Position numbers and translations under genes: made by a program. From positions 32,001 through 96,000 of the forward strand of contig CAWHXP010000012.1 in the NCBI GenBank assembly GCA_963833425.1: a stretch of 64,000 nucleotides of DNA. The letters run 5' to 3'. Of the stretch, positions 49,345-61,071 are shown piece after piece (the first letter of the stretch is position 1; each line of letters begins with the position of its first letter). The notes under the pieces are model-generated. The model saw only the letters and a list, made by a program, of their open reading frames with translations, was not told the DNA's origin and did not search any database. The DNA comes from an uncultured Methanosarcinaceae archaeon. Its GTDB lineage: Archaea > Halobacteriota > Methanosarcinia > Methanosarcinales > Methanosarcinaceae.

Positions 49345-50603
49345 ATAAAACCACTGGGCTAAAGACCCAGTGGATATAATCGTCAAGTTTAGCCCTAGTT
49401 TCACAGGTAATTTTAAGCTGGTTCTTTGCTGACATTGTGGGCAGAAGATACGAAATATCCATCAATCAATGTGTATGTTCTTTCCAATGTTGTTTTTTTT
49501 CAAATATTATTTTTGAGTTTCCCATTAGCCTAATTGTTGTCTCTTATTTCAGTTTTCGAATGATTGCAAGAGTACTGACTTTTGGCTCATTCTTAAAGAG
49601 TAGGTGGATGTAGTCTTTGTACGTCTTCATTTATAGTATTTCGAAATCAGTTCCTTTTCAATGTCGTGAATTATCTTTTTGAGTTCTTCATCAATTTGTT
49701 CTGATTATCTTTTTTCGATACTTATGCAAAAGATACTGAAATATTCTAATAAAAAATTACTATAGTTCCCATATACGCTTCTAAATTTAACAAAAAATAT
49801 AATAGTTGTTAAAATATATTAGGTCTTTCATTATTAAAGAATTCAAATTTAGGTTGTATCCAACAATTGGCAATCTATCCAACTTAATCAACATATTGAT
49901 AGTTGTAGATTTGTCTATAATTGAGCTCTCGATCAGAAAATAAAAACATCTGAACTAATCTGGAAATCAATTTTTAGGTTTGGCTTAAAAAACTAATACA
50001 GAATTCACAAAAGCAAATATGTGGTTAGATGAAGTCAATTCCCAATCACTTCAGGGTATAACTAATTGGGTCGAATCTTAATTCACAAGAGTTTTTAGAG
50101 AAAGGAATGGTTTTCCTAAATGCAAATCAAAGAAGAATCTAATTTAGTCATTCCATATACCACAATACTACAATATGGATTCTGAAAATAATATTATTAA
50201 GCTTCCTAAAATTGGAAAAATCAAAGCAGTTCTTCATAAAATATTTGAAGAAAAATTAAAAATCGCTATGATTTTAATGTCTCGTACAGGGAAGTACTAT
50301 ATCAACATTTTTGTGGAAGATTATGATAAGTAAATTTGAACCATCATCTACTATATGAGCGTTTGTGGACATCATGATCAGAGCTAACACTACGGAATAG
50401 AGGATTTAAATGTCCTGATTGTAAGACAAAATATGATAGAGACATTAAATGCTGAATTAGCATCAAAAAATTCGTTCTCATTGATCAAAATCTAATTGGA
50501 ATCTGATACCCATGGAATGTGTGGAGCAGTTTCGGGGACTTGTTCTCAAAAGAGAAAGGAATGAATCCAGAAATCATTTTGTTTTCACCGAGTGGTACTT
50601 CAC
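49345..50603. mobile_element. Decayed IS605-type element (divergent tnpA and tnpB)
   Basis: Left hairpin CCACTGGGCTAAAGACCCAGTGG; minus-strand tnpA fragments (KDYIHLL, WKEHT..GYF); plus-strand tnpB fragments (WLDEVNSQSLQG, GFPKCKS, LPKIGKIK, CPDCKTKYDRD); end GAGTGGTACTTCAC. Confidence 0.85.
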
Positions 50604-51002
50604 TCCGATTCACACTTATGACAAAATTGAATCAAGAAAATATGTCATAAATGTCACAATTTAGACATATTTGGTTGGCTTTTGTACGCCTGGCTTTAAA
50701 TCTACAATAGGGTTGATTGATGCTGATTGCACGATTATTTAAAACATCATCAACGGAATTATTTGATTATCTATTTTGGGAGAATGCCTCATTAAATAAG
50801 GTTTCTTTTGTTAGCTATATTTTGTGATGGATTCAATCATGTTCCGATTTTTTTAATAATACAATTGATAAAATCTTTGGTTATGGTATTCTGTTTGGAA
50901 ATTACCGAGGTCCTCTTCTTTAAAATGATTAGTGGCATCAAATTAAAATGCAATTGAGGATACTTTGTCAATATAAATACCATTATTTCAATAGTAAACA
51001 CT

Positions 51003-52979
51003 CTACACTTTGATTGGTAAAAGTACAAATGGAATACCATCCGCATATAGTTTCCTCTGTGATGATAAGACAGTATAATTATGGAGCCATCTTGTAAGCA
51101 TCGAATCGTTCGGAAAGACAATCTGTCCACCAAAGAATACCGCATTAGGAAACTTTGTTAAGAGATCTGGTGCCAGCGTTATAATTTCATGAACAACATC
51201 AGTACCTATTGAGGTAAAACTTTCTGCATAATAACCATATGATGAAATTAAATCTACGTATTTATCGATATCCTTATTCACCTCTGTTTGGAGTCCTTTA
51301 ATTTCTTCTACTCCTTTAAACACTCCAGCATCAATTACACCAATTTGTACAAATACAAAATTTTTGTATATTCCACCAAATAATTTGAATATATTGGACA
51401 ATGTATGGATTCCCAAACCATTAAAACCGTTTACAAGCAGTATGGCAGTCTTATTTTGCATATTATCTTCATTAGGCGTATTATTTTGAATTATATCCGC
51501 ACATTCTGGATAATTAATAATTTTGGTATTAACCTCTTTAATAAGTTCGGCGGCATAGTCATAATGGTGTTTTATAACAAGAACAATTCCAACAAAAACT
51601 GCGATGATGAATAATGTCACCCATCCACCTTCATTGAACTTAACCATTATCACTGATATTAATATCAAAGCTGTCAGAAATAGTCCCACACCATTGATAA
51701 TTAATTTTTTCTTCCAATCCTTGATTTTTGTTTTGAATTTCCACCAATGGCGGACCATACCTGCTTGGGATAGAATAAATGTTATGAAAACTGCTATGCT
51801 ATAAAGTATTACCAAAAGTTCGACCGATCCATGAGTTAGGAAAACCATAATTAACGCTGAAATGCCCATCATTAATATACCATTTTGTGTCACAAATCTA
51901 TCACTCAGCGTTGCGAACTTAGTCGGAACCCATCTATCTAGTGCCATATTTGCCAAGACTCGTGGGCCATCTAAAAATCCGGTTTGTGCCGCTACAAATA
52001 ATAGCCCTGCTTCTGATATGAGAGTTGCTATTACAAAATAATCACCTAAAGTTCTCCAAGACTTTGCAACATTCTTAAATAGTACGGCATTCAGAGTTTT
52101 TCCCGGTTCATAGGTAACATTGTAAAAGATGTACGCAAACAACAGTCCTGCTGCTATGAATGCTAGCGAAATTGCCATGTGATGCATGGTCCTCTTAGCG
52201 GTGTGCACTTTTGGTTCTCTCAATACTGGCACTGCATTACTTACAGCCTCAATTCCTGTATATGTTCCTGCACCCATACTATATGAATGGAGGTTAATAA
52301 AAAGCAATCCTGTATATCCCAATCCAGATGTGATACTATGGACATCTGTAACAGTACTATTCACCACCGTTGGCATACTTGTTAGGTGGACAAAAAAAGC
52401 ATATATTATTACTATAGCGTGGGTAATTACAAACAATGCGAATATAGGTACTAAGGATAACACTGATTCTTTTATCCCTCTCAAATTCAATAGGATAATT
52501 ACCATAATCACAAAAAAATGCAAATTCTAATTTGAATATTTGCCAACTTATTGGTAGAAAACTTAATATGGCATCTACACCACTTGCAATTGAAATGGCA
52601 ATTGTGAGTACATAATCTATCAGGAGTGCACAACCAGAAAGCATCCCAAGATATGGAGATAATAATTTGCTTGCAACTAAATATCCGCCTCCCCCTGTAG
52701 GAAATAATTCAACTATTTGAGAATAGCTTGTGCTAATTACAAAGATCGTTAATATAATTCCCATTGCTACAAATATAGCAAGATAAATATGTCCTTCTAA
52801 TGCCAAATATGCTTCTTCAGGACCATATGACGCTGAAGACATTGCATCGATCCTAGACCAACCCATGCAAAAAGTGCTATAAGTGAAAGTTTATGGAAAA
52901 TATTCGAATCAAATGGATCATGGGGTTTTCCTATGATTAAAGTCTTCAACTTATGAATATACATTTTAATATGTTGCAT
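51003..52979 (-). pseudogene. KimA/YdaO-like APC transporter, two frameshifts near the 5' end
   Basis: AWVGLG / DAMSSASYGPEEA..SYSQI..FPTGGGGY..DYVLT / TGIEAVSN..AQTGFLDGPR..LY.I.VF..KF.EGGW; cytoplasmic C-terminal domain. Confidence 0.85.
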
Positions 52980-53105
52980 TGTTATTTCACTCTTCGTTTT
53001 AGTTTCTAAAGCACTGGTACGGATTTTGTTAGATAGCATTGTGTCATTGAGAATGGGAATATAATGGAATATAAGAAAAATTAACATAGAGTTACGACGG
53101 CAGTC

Positions 53106-53137
53106 GGAAAGCGTATTACCTTTTTTATATATAAATA
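53106..53137 (-). promoter_or_regulatory. TATA region with a downstream NrpR-like operator for the KimA-like gene
   Basis: Plus strand GGAA-AGCGTA-TTAC (53106-53119), one mismatch to GGAA-N6-TTCC, beside TATATATAAATA. Confidence 0.5.
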
Positions 53138-54403
53138 TATCCCAAAGGGGATTTTACTATTAGGTAATTATAGATTAGTGCTATCCATTTTTCAATGCTA
53201 GCAGTTTTAAAACTGCATCTCATTTTTTAACAATTAATATTGGGCAAAGTACATATCAGTTCCACGACCTGGTAATTACGCGATACTTGGACTATAATTC
53301 TGATAAATCAGTAATCTGGAACCTCCTTAGTCCCAAAATCTATTTTTACAAATGAAAGGATAATCAAAAACGATCCGTGTATGGTATAGATTTATCCTTC
53401 TGGCTAGAATTTTAAAATTTTTTTGGCATCATTAATATACCACCGATAGAGCAGACAGAACTAGTAATAATTTCTTAATGTTTCACTCCATACTGAAACA
53501 TCTTCTACTGATTTTTTTGAATTTACGAGTAACGACCTTAGGTCAAGACTACATAATACAAAATTTGCATCAATGATGTCATTTTTTAATTACACAAATT
53601 CTAATTTTATTGAAGATGTATTTTCTTCACTTCGAAAATAAAATACCAAAAATGTTATTTTTATATTAAACATTTCTCACTTAAGTTGAAAAATTCCTAT
53701 AATGGTATTCTAAGTTATGAATAAAATTCGTTAACTGTTAACGAATTAGAAGTCTCTATAATTATTTATCTATTTATCTGCCGAAAAAGGTATGATATAA
53801 GTTCAATGGGGTATTCTAGGATTTTTAGGATATTTTCTATAGAGTTTGGAGAATAATGTGATTTGAAGTTCTTCTAGGATATACAATAAATTTTTATAGT
53901 AGTATATCAGAAAAAGGAAATAGTTATCCTAAATTTCAATATATAAAGTTTATAGTAGAGGTTAGAGCTAATAATTCTGACTAAAATCAAATTGTGAATG
54001 GTTACACATACTAAAGACGAAGTCTGCCTCAGTTAATGTGCTCCGTTTCTAAGAAATCATACGTCTACTTAATCAATTTTCTTAATCTATCCGATTGAAA
54101 CTAACTCCTGGCGTTTCCTGTGATTTCGAAGTAACTAATTCCCAACGAATTGATGAAATCAAATGAACGAAAGGAAAAATTGGAGATGGGTCTCTTAATT
54201 CTCTATCCAAAGGATATTGGTATTCGTTACACTCAGCGCTCCCTCAGTAGTAATCAAGAAATTAGGCATGTCGATAAACACAATCAAGATATCAACTTAA
54301 TTTTCATAATCTGTGATCCAATCCTTGCTCATTTTTCCTGGTATAAGAAACCAGATTTGATTTTTCCAGGTAAATGTTAATTCATTTTCTCGAGGTGTGC
54401 GGA

Positions 54404-56022
54404 TTGAAAAAAATAAATGTCGATATAGAAGAATTTAAACGGCTCCATGCTGAAGGCATGACTAACAAAGAAATCGGCAATTCTCTCGGCTTTTCTCAAG
54501 AAACTGCACGTAAAATACGCTCCAATTTAGGGCTACCACCACTTACAATAGGCAGAAAATCAGTAGTAAAAACTGCTGTAGACACTGATGAACTCAAAAG
54601 GCTTTATGCAAAAGGCCTTAGCGATAAGCAGATTGGTTTAGTCTTTGGCGTAAGTAATAAAACAATCTTTAATCATCGCAAGAGTCTTGGTTTAACTAGG
54701 TGTAAAAAGTGGGAGAGCTCAGCTTCTAACATCGAAAAATTCAAAAAGCTTTATTCTGAAGGCTTGAACGATACAAAAATCGCGACTGTTCTTTATATAT
54801 GCCGCGATACAGTACGTAAAATACGTCATAATCTCGGGCTGCCACCGCAGGCATTAGCTAGAAAGCACATCGACCTTGAGGAATTTAAGCGTCTCTTTGC
54901 TGAAGGGTTTACTGACAAAGAAATTGGCACCTTTTTCGGTGTCAGCGCTTATACGGTTTATGAAAGACGCCGTGATTTAGGGTTATCCCGACGCAAGCAG
55001 CAGATCAGTTTAAACAAAATAAACGTGGATGAATTCAAAAAACTGTATTCCGAAGGCATGAATGACAAAAGGATCAGCAAAGCACTTGGAGTACATTGTG
55101 AGAGAATCAAAGAAATACGCCGGCTATCTAGGTCTTGCACCGAATAAGGTACGGTTCCACGAGAAAAAACGAGAACTTTATGATGCAGGGATGTCTGACG
55201 AGACAAATTGCGAGAAAAATTATCAGAAGCAAACAAAAGGTTGCTGAGTGGCGTCGAAACCATGGTCTTCCTCCAAATAATCAGGATGATGCACTTATCG
55301 ATGCAATTGATGTAGAGTTATTAAAATTTGAAGAAGATGAGCCGATTCAACAGGACTCAGAGTCTCTTTTTTGTGATACTAAATTTTTGGAAAGTCTTGT
55401 AGGAAAAGCGCTAAAGAAGAAAATAGTTGTGTTGGGGCACACATTAAAAAAAATAAATGTCGATGAGCTTAAACAGCTCTTTGCCCAAGGTCTTAGCGAT
55501 GCTGAGATCGGCAAAGTTTTTGATGTTTGTGACAGGACAATCTCAAATCGCCGTCGCTGTCTTGGGCTATACAAGCAGAAACAGATGCCTAGACAAAATA
55601 GGCGAAAAGACATTGACATTGATGAGTTAAAACAGCTATATCACGCGGGCATGAGCGATGCCAAGATTGGTAAAGTTATTAACATTTCTCAATCAGCTGT
55701 TTTCAGAATACGCCACCATCTCGGGCTTGCGCCGAATCGTGGAAGACGACACTGGGAGATGCGTGAGCTATATGACTTGGGGCTTTCAGATGGTAGAGTT
55801 GCGGAAATACTCAAAGTGAGAAAACACAGTGTCACTACATGGCGTCAAAGCCACGAATTGCCTGTAAATGATCCTGAAGATGCGAGTACCGATGGGCTCG
55901 ATGCCAAGTTATCAAAATCCGAAGAAAAAAAACGGATTCTGAAAGACTCAGAATCGCTTTTTTATGATATCGAATTTCTTGAGAACTATCTCGGAAAAGA
56001 TATAAAAGGGAAATCTGTGTGA
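54404..56022 (+). pseudogene. Protein of nine tandem HTH-like modules, interrupted by two +1 frameshifts
   Basis: Repeat consensus I(D/N)xDExKxLYxxG(M/L)SDxxIGxxxxVSxxTVxxxRxxLGL; GAGGTG RBS before TTG at 54404. Confidence 0.8.
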
Positions 56023-56938
56023 ACTACCTTTTGATACATCTCAATATTGCTCTTTCCATGAAAACTGCAGATAAAATAGTTGAAACATTATTTAGTGACA
56101 GAATAAAACAAACTTTTGATCCCCAATTGATTGCTACTTTTCAAAGTATGTGGGATTGAACTTTCCATTAAACTTGGTAACAATTTATCGTAATACGCAA
56201 ATTTGTAGCAAAACTACTTTTTTAAAATCATTGTCAATCATATTAAATGATATAGAGAGTACTAAATAAACAGTTGTTTGCAAAAAAATGGTTGAAAAAG
56301 TCAGTTTTTGACTTAAGCTTAGCTCAGATACCTATTCCTAGTTTAAAAATATCCCAAGTGCCAAATTTGATTTTAACCATGTTAATTTCAATATCGATTT
56401 CTAGATCAAATTGACATCGGATCTTTGCGTAGCGATATAGTGACTTTGGACGAAGCTTAAACTGAAGGCTTACTGAGGCGGTGGTGTAGATAGTTATTAA
56501 TTATACTCAAAAATCTGGCAAAAAAGTTAATATTAGCTTTTTTGGCCAAATTTGATAGTAATTATTTTTTTTTTCCACAATTTTCAGTAACTGACTTTCA
56601 CAACCTGAAATCTAGTTTCAAAATAACTTTTAGAGTAGGCGGGTTCGGAGAAAGATCAATTCAGTACAAAAAAGAATGGAATAAGTTTGGAATAATTAAT
56701 AATTCTACTTACCCCAGATGTGCACAAGAATGACATATATTTTTTAATATGACAGTAACTTCAAAATTAATCTAATTTTCAACGAAAAATAATGAGCAAA
56801 TAGATGAACAAATTTTACATCGTGTACATATGAGGAATGTCGGATCGACAATAAAAAAAATGTAATAATTTTGTTGAGAATAAACTGATTGTACAATACA
56901 TAAAATTTACAAAAATACAGGTAAAAGTTTTACCTGTG

Positions 56939-58132
56939 TTAAATATTATATGCGGCTTCACCATGCTGTGTCTGGTCAAGCCCGATGTTTTCTTCACTTT
57001 CACTCACTTTGAGCCCCATCGTCTTATTGATCACATATCCAAGAATCAATGTGCAGACGGATGCATATACAGCTGTGGCAACGACACCTTCAAGCTGAAT
57101 CACCAATTGGCTGGAATTTCCAAGAAGGAGACCTGCCGATCCGATGGTTGCGAATATGCCAGTGAGAAGCGCCCCTGTCATCCCGCCGACTCCATGGACC
57201 CCAAAAACATCCAGTGAGTCGTCATATCCAAACTTTCCTTTGAGTTCGACAGCTGTATAACATATGATGCCAGCTATCAAACCTATTGGAATCGCTGCCA
57301 CAGGTGTGACAAAACCAGCTGCTGGAGTGATTGCAACCAATCCAGCCAGAACTCCTGTTGAAAAGCCAAGAGATGTAGGATGTCCTAAGTGATGCCATTC
57401 CAGAGCCATCCAGCAAAGTCCTGCAGCTGCTGGTGCCACTAGCGTGGTCAGAAATGCAACCGCTGCGGTCTCATTTGCAGCAAGGGCAGAACCGGCATTG
57501 AACCCAAACCATCCAAACCAGAGAAGCCCTGCACCAATAAGGGTGAGAGTAACATTGTGAGGTTTGATTGAATCAATCCCGTATCCTCTTCTCTTGCCAA
57601 GATAAGTCAAAATTGCAAGGGAGGAGATTCCTGATGATATATGGACAACAGTGCCGCCTGCAAAGTCTAGGGCTTTTCCTGTGAGAAATCCACCGCCCCA
57701 GACCCAGTGACAGATAGGTGCATAGACAATGATGCCCCATAATAAGATGAATGCAATATATGATTTGAATTTGATACGGCCTACAATCGCACCTGAAATA
57801 AGGGCAGGGGTAATTATCGCAAACATACCCTGAAACGCAATAAATGCATATGTGGGAATGGTACCTGTTACTGAATAAATATTGATATCTCTCAAAAATA
57901 AGTGTTCCAGGCTACCTATAAACCAGTTTCCGGTTCCAAAAGCAAGCGAATAACCTATTACTACCCATTCGATGGCTATGACACCAATTGCGACAAATGA
58001 ATGCATCATGCTGCTCAAGACATTTTTTCGCTGGACCAGTCCGCCATAGAATAATGCAAGCCCTGGAATCATTAATAGTACAAGTGCCGATGAAATCAAC
58101 ATCCAGCCAGTATCTGCTGCTACAATAGTCAT
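56939..58132 (-). CDS. amtB: Ammonium transporter
   Basis: DTGWML.S.ALV..M.PGLALFYGG, FQGMFA, DFAGGTVVH, WFGWFGFNAGS, DDSLDVFGVHG. Confidence 0.97.
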   Translation of the reverse strand: MTIVAADTGWMLISSALVLLMIPGLALFYGGLVQRKNVLSSMMHSFVAIGVIAIEWVVIGYSLAFGTGNWFIGSLEHLFLRDINIYSVTGTIPTYAFIAFQGMFAIITPALISGAIVGRIKFKSYIAFILLWGIIVYAPICHWVWGGGFLTGKALDFAGGTVVHISSGISSLAILTYLGKRRGYGIDSIKPHNVTLTLIGAGLLWFGWFGFNAGSALAANETAAVAFLTTLVAPAAAGLCWMALEWHHLGHPTSLGFSTGVLAGLVAITPAAGFVTPVAAIPIGLIAGIICYTAVELKGKFGYDDSLDVFGVHGVGGMTGALLTGIFATIGSAGLLLGNSSQLVIQLEGVVATAVYASVCTLILGYVINKTMGLKVSESEENIGLDQTQHGEAAYNI

Positions 58133-58145
58133 TTTCGATCACAAC

Positions 58146-58480
58146 TTAAATAGTATGAGGTCCTTTTTCATTCGTGCAGATCCTTGTGGTATCCTCAAGC
58201 GGTAGCATGAAGATTTTGCTGTTTCCAACCTTTCCTTCGTTCTTACTTATTGATTCTCTTTTTATTGCTTCAATTGTTGGTCGCAGAAAATCATCGTTTG
58301 CTGTGACTTCAAGCCTGATTTTTTTTGAGCAGCTTTGCTTCATAGTTCATCGCTCTGGTTTCTAGATGCCCTCTTTGGACAGCCATAACCGTAAACGGAG
58401 GAAGTTATTGGTCTATTAACCTCGATTCTCTGAAGCTCTCGCTTTACCGTCTCAGGTCTTTCCAGCCTTATCGTTTTACT
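58146..58480 (-). pseudogene. glnK: PII protein GlnK, eroded
   Basis: KKIRLEV..DDFLRPTIEAI..GKVGNSKIFMLPLEDTTRI.TNEKG; upstream fragments VYGYGCPK and IRLERPETVK. Confidence 0.8.
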
Positions 58481-58506
58481 TAAGTATTTCTTGGAACGCA
58501 CCAGCG

Positions 58507-58538
58507 GGTATCCTATATCCTAAGTTACAATATTTAAA
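58507..58538 (-). promoter_or_regulatory. glnK-amtB promoter with NrpR-like operator
   Basis: Minus strand TTTAAATA-N10-GGAT-ATAGGA-TACC. Confidence 0.65.
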
Positions 58539-58770
58539 TTTATCCATCAAATCTAAACTATTTAACATTTAATCGTAACCAACGTTTAGAGAATGAATAA
58601 ATTACAGTTTGTTTTTCAATCTGAGGACGGTAAAATAGCAAATTTATTTCGAGACGATATACTAATAACAATGCCAACAGAATAATTCAAGAGCAGTATA
58701 AATTTAAATAAAATCAAATAAGCAATGATTTGCTGGCAATATTGATAAAAATAAAGATAGTTGGGGTTTA

Positions 58771-59224
58771 TTTAAATAATATAACATCACCAATATGTTG
58801 CCTGTAAATATCAAAAAAAATGTATAAAAAACAAAGAAATTAAATATAATGAAGTAACCAACAAATTACCGGTTTTGAAGTTAAATACAATTGAAGGATA
58901 ATTTTTAAATATTTTTAAATTTAAGGTGTTTACAGTCCACCACGTATGAGTTGTATTAATAGTAAAAATTCTAAAACAAGTAAGAGTTCTAAAACAATCA
59001 TAATTATAAAAACTCATTAATACTGTTTTTATTGAGTTTCTCCTCGGATAATAACTGACATATTTAATTTTTGTAAAAAACAAATATAAATACATTCGAT
59101 ATATAAATATACATACAAATCTTTAAATACTTTAAAGTCACCAATTATCTGCCGGCAAATTTAGGTGATTTTCGAGTTTTAGAAAAAACATTAAATATAA
59201 TAAGATCACCAACTTATTACCGGC
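58771..59224 (+). promoter_or_regulatory. Three copies of TATA-N8-TCACCAA-N5-TRCC upstream of the APC permease
   Basis: 58771 TTTAAATA atataaca TCACCAA tatgt TGCCTG; 59122 TTTAAATA ctttaaag TCACCAA ttatc TGCCGG; 59190 ATTAAATA taataaga TCACCAA cttat TACCGG. Confidence 0.75.
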
Positions 59225-59347
59225 TTTAAAAATGATATTCGGCAAAAAAGAACCTAACTTCTTCATTTCTTTGCATTTGTTTGATATATTAACAAAAAAC
59301 CGAAATTTATTCTGGATAAATGAATATTAAAAGGAGAATCTAACCCA

Positions 59348-60937
59348 ATGAATCATACGCAAGATAGTGACCAAACAGTAGATGGCAAATTGACCATAAA
59401 AATGAAGCGTACGCTAAACTTGACATCTCTTTTGGTAAATGCCATGGCACTCATCGCCCCGGGTGCTTTCTTGTGGACCACTTTTCAGGTACAGGCAGCG
59501 CAGATGAATGGTTCTGTAACAACTGCATCTGAGATGTGGACTGGATTGGTTGCTGCTCTTATTCTAGCTCTATTAACTGCAATCTCATATGCCGAGCTTT
59601 CACATATTTACCCCAAAGCAGGTAGTGGCTCTTCATATTATTTTGCTGAAGCTGCTTTTCTAGAGAAAGAAAAAGCAACTCATCGTCAGTGGGCGCGAAT
59701 TGCAAAGTTTCTGACAGGCTGGATCTCGCATCTCTATTACTGGATTTATCCAGGCATAATGATCGCATTTTCAGCTACTCTGATTGTTTACATCCTTGGT
59801 TTGTTCGGAATCACATTAGCGGCGTGGGAGCAAATTCTCGTAGCGGCACTATTTGCCTTCTTAAATGGATACATAGCTTATCGTGGAATTAGCGGTTCAA
59901 CCTTCACCGCGATGATCATTAATGCAATCCAGCTAGCTTCACTAGTTGGTTTTTCAGCGCTGGCAATCTTGTACCGGCATGCGCATCCGGAACTGGTTTA
60001 TACACAATCCATCTCTTCTATAATAATTCCGCATAACTTCACAAATGTGTTATTCCAGTCGACTATAGCCATTTTGTTATTGGTAGGTTTCGAATCAATT
60101 ACAGCGTTAGGTGCAGAGGCTATCAGGCCAAAGCATGACATTAAGAGAGCAATCATTTTGTCTCTGCTTATTCAGGGATTATTTGCCTATCTAATCGAAT
60201 ATTTCGCCGCTAACTATTTTGTCGGTCCTCAATTGATTGGTGTAGATACAACTGGAGCTACAGTTACGGGCTATGCTGCAGCTGGGGCATCTGGAGCTCC
60301 GATTGGTGATATGATACGGATTATAGGCGACCAGATGCTGGGTGGTACCGGATTAGTTTTAGTTCTGATTATGGCTGCAACTGTAGTGCTGGCATTGATC
60401 GGTACTACTCTAGCTTGTCTTAACACTGGAGTCCGTATTACATATGCAATGGGTCGAGATAGCGAAATACCTTCATTACTGGGTATTTTGCATGGCCGTT
60501 TTCTCACGCCACACTGGGGTATTTGGCTGCTAGTGTTATTTTCTGCAGCCTTTGGAGCATATGGAGTCCTAAATGTAGATAATTTGACTCAAATCACTTT
60601 AGCGTCTAATACGGGTACTTTCATACTCTACGGATTGACCAATCTCATTTGCTTCTGGGCATTTCTACATCGTTCTGATGCCAGTTTCTTTAAACACCGT
60701 GTTGTGCCACTATTTGGTTTCTTGGCTAATTTGTTAATGCTAGGGGCAGTTGTATATCTTGCCATTACCGCTGGTGGAGCTTCAGCAAATGATGCTGTGA
60801 TTGCTTTGGTTATGGTAGCAGTATGGCTTTTCATCGGAGCTGCATGGTTTATCATTAACACACGAAAGCAAGGTAGTAGGGTGCTGCCCCATCAAGCTTC
60901 TCAAATGACTGCCTCGGAACTTGCCCTTAATGAATAA
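59348..60937 (+). CDS. APC-superfamily permease
   Basis: About 12 TM segments; MALIAPG, SYAEL..YP.AGSGSSY, VGFES..LGAEA, VRITYAMGRD..TPH; AGGAG RBS; intact. Confidence 0.9.
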   Translation: MNHTQDSDQTVDGKLTIKMKRTLNLTSLLVNAMALIAPGAFLWTTFQVQAAQMNGSVTTASEMWTGLVAALILALLTAISYAELSHIYPKAGSGSSYYFAEAAFLEKEKATHRQWARIAKFLTGWISHLYYWIYPGIMIAFSATLIVYILGLFGITLAAWEQILVAALFAFLNGYIAYRGISGSTFTAMIINAIQLASLVGFSALAILYRHAHPELVYTQSISSIIIPHNFTNVLFQSTIAILLLVGFESITALGAEAIRPKHDIKRAIILSLLIQGLFAYLIEYFAANYFVGPQLIGVDTTGATVTGYAAAGASGAPIGDMIRIIGDQMLGGTGLVLVLIMAATVVLALIGTTLACLNTGVRITYAMGRDSEIPSLLGILHGRFLTPHWGIWLLVLFSAAFGAYGVLNVDNLTQITLASNTGTFILYGLTNLICFWAFLHRSDASFFKHRVVPLFGFLANLLMLGAVVYLAITAGGASANDAVIALVMVAVWLFIGAAWFIINTRKQGSRVLPHQASQMTASELALNE

Positions 60938-61071
60938 ACAGAAATTAATATAGAATCCAGGAATAATGCGAGTAGAGAAGCTTGAGACTAAGTTAAAGGG
61001 AAAAAAGCTCTTAACTAATAGGTTTTTTTCTCTTCTTTATTTTTAAACGATGAATATAACAAGTAGATACA

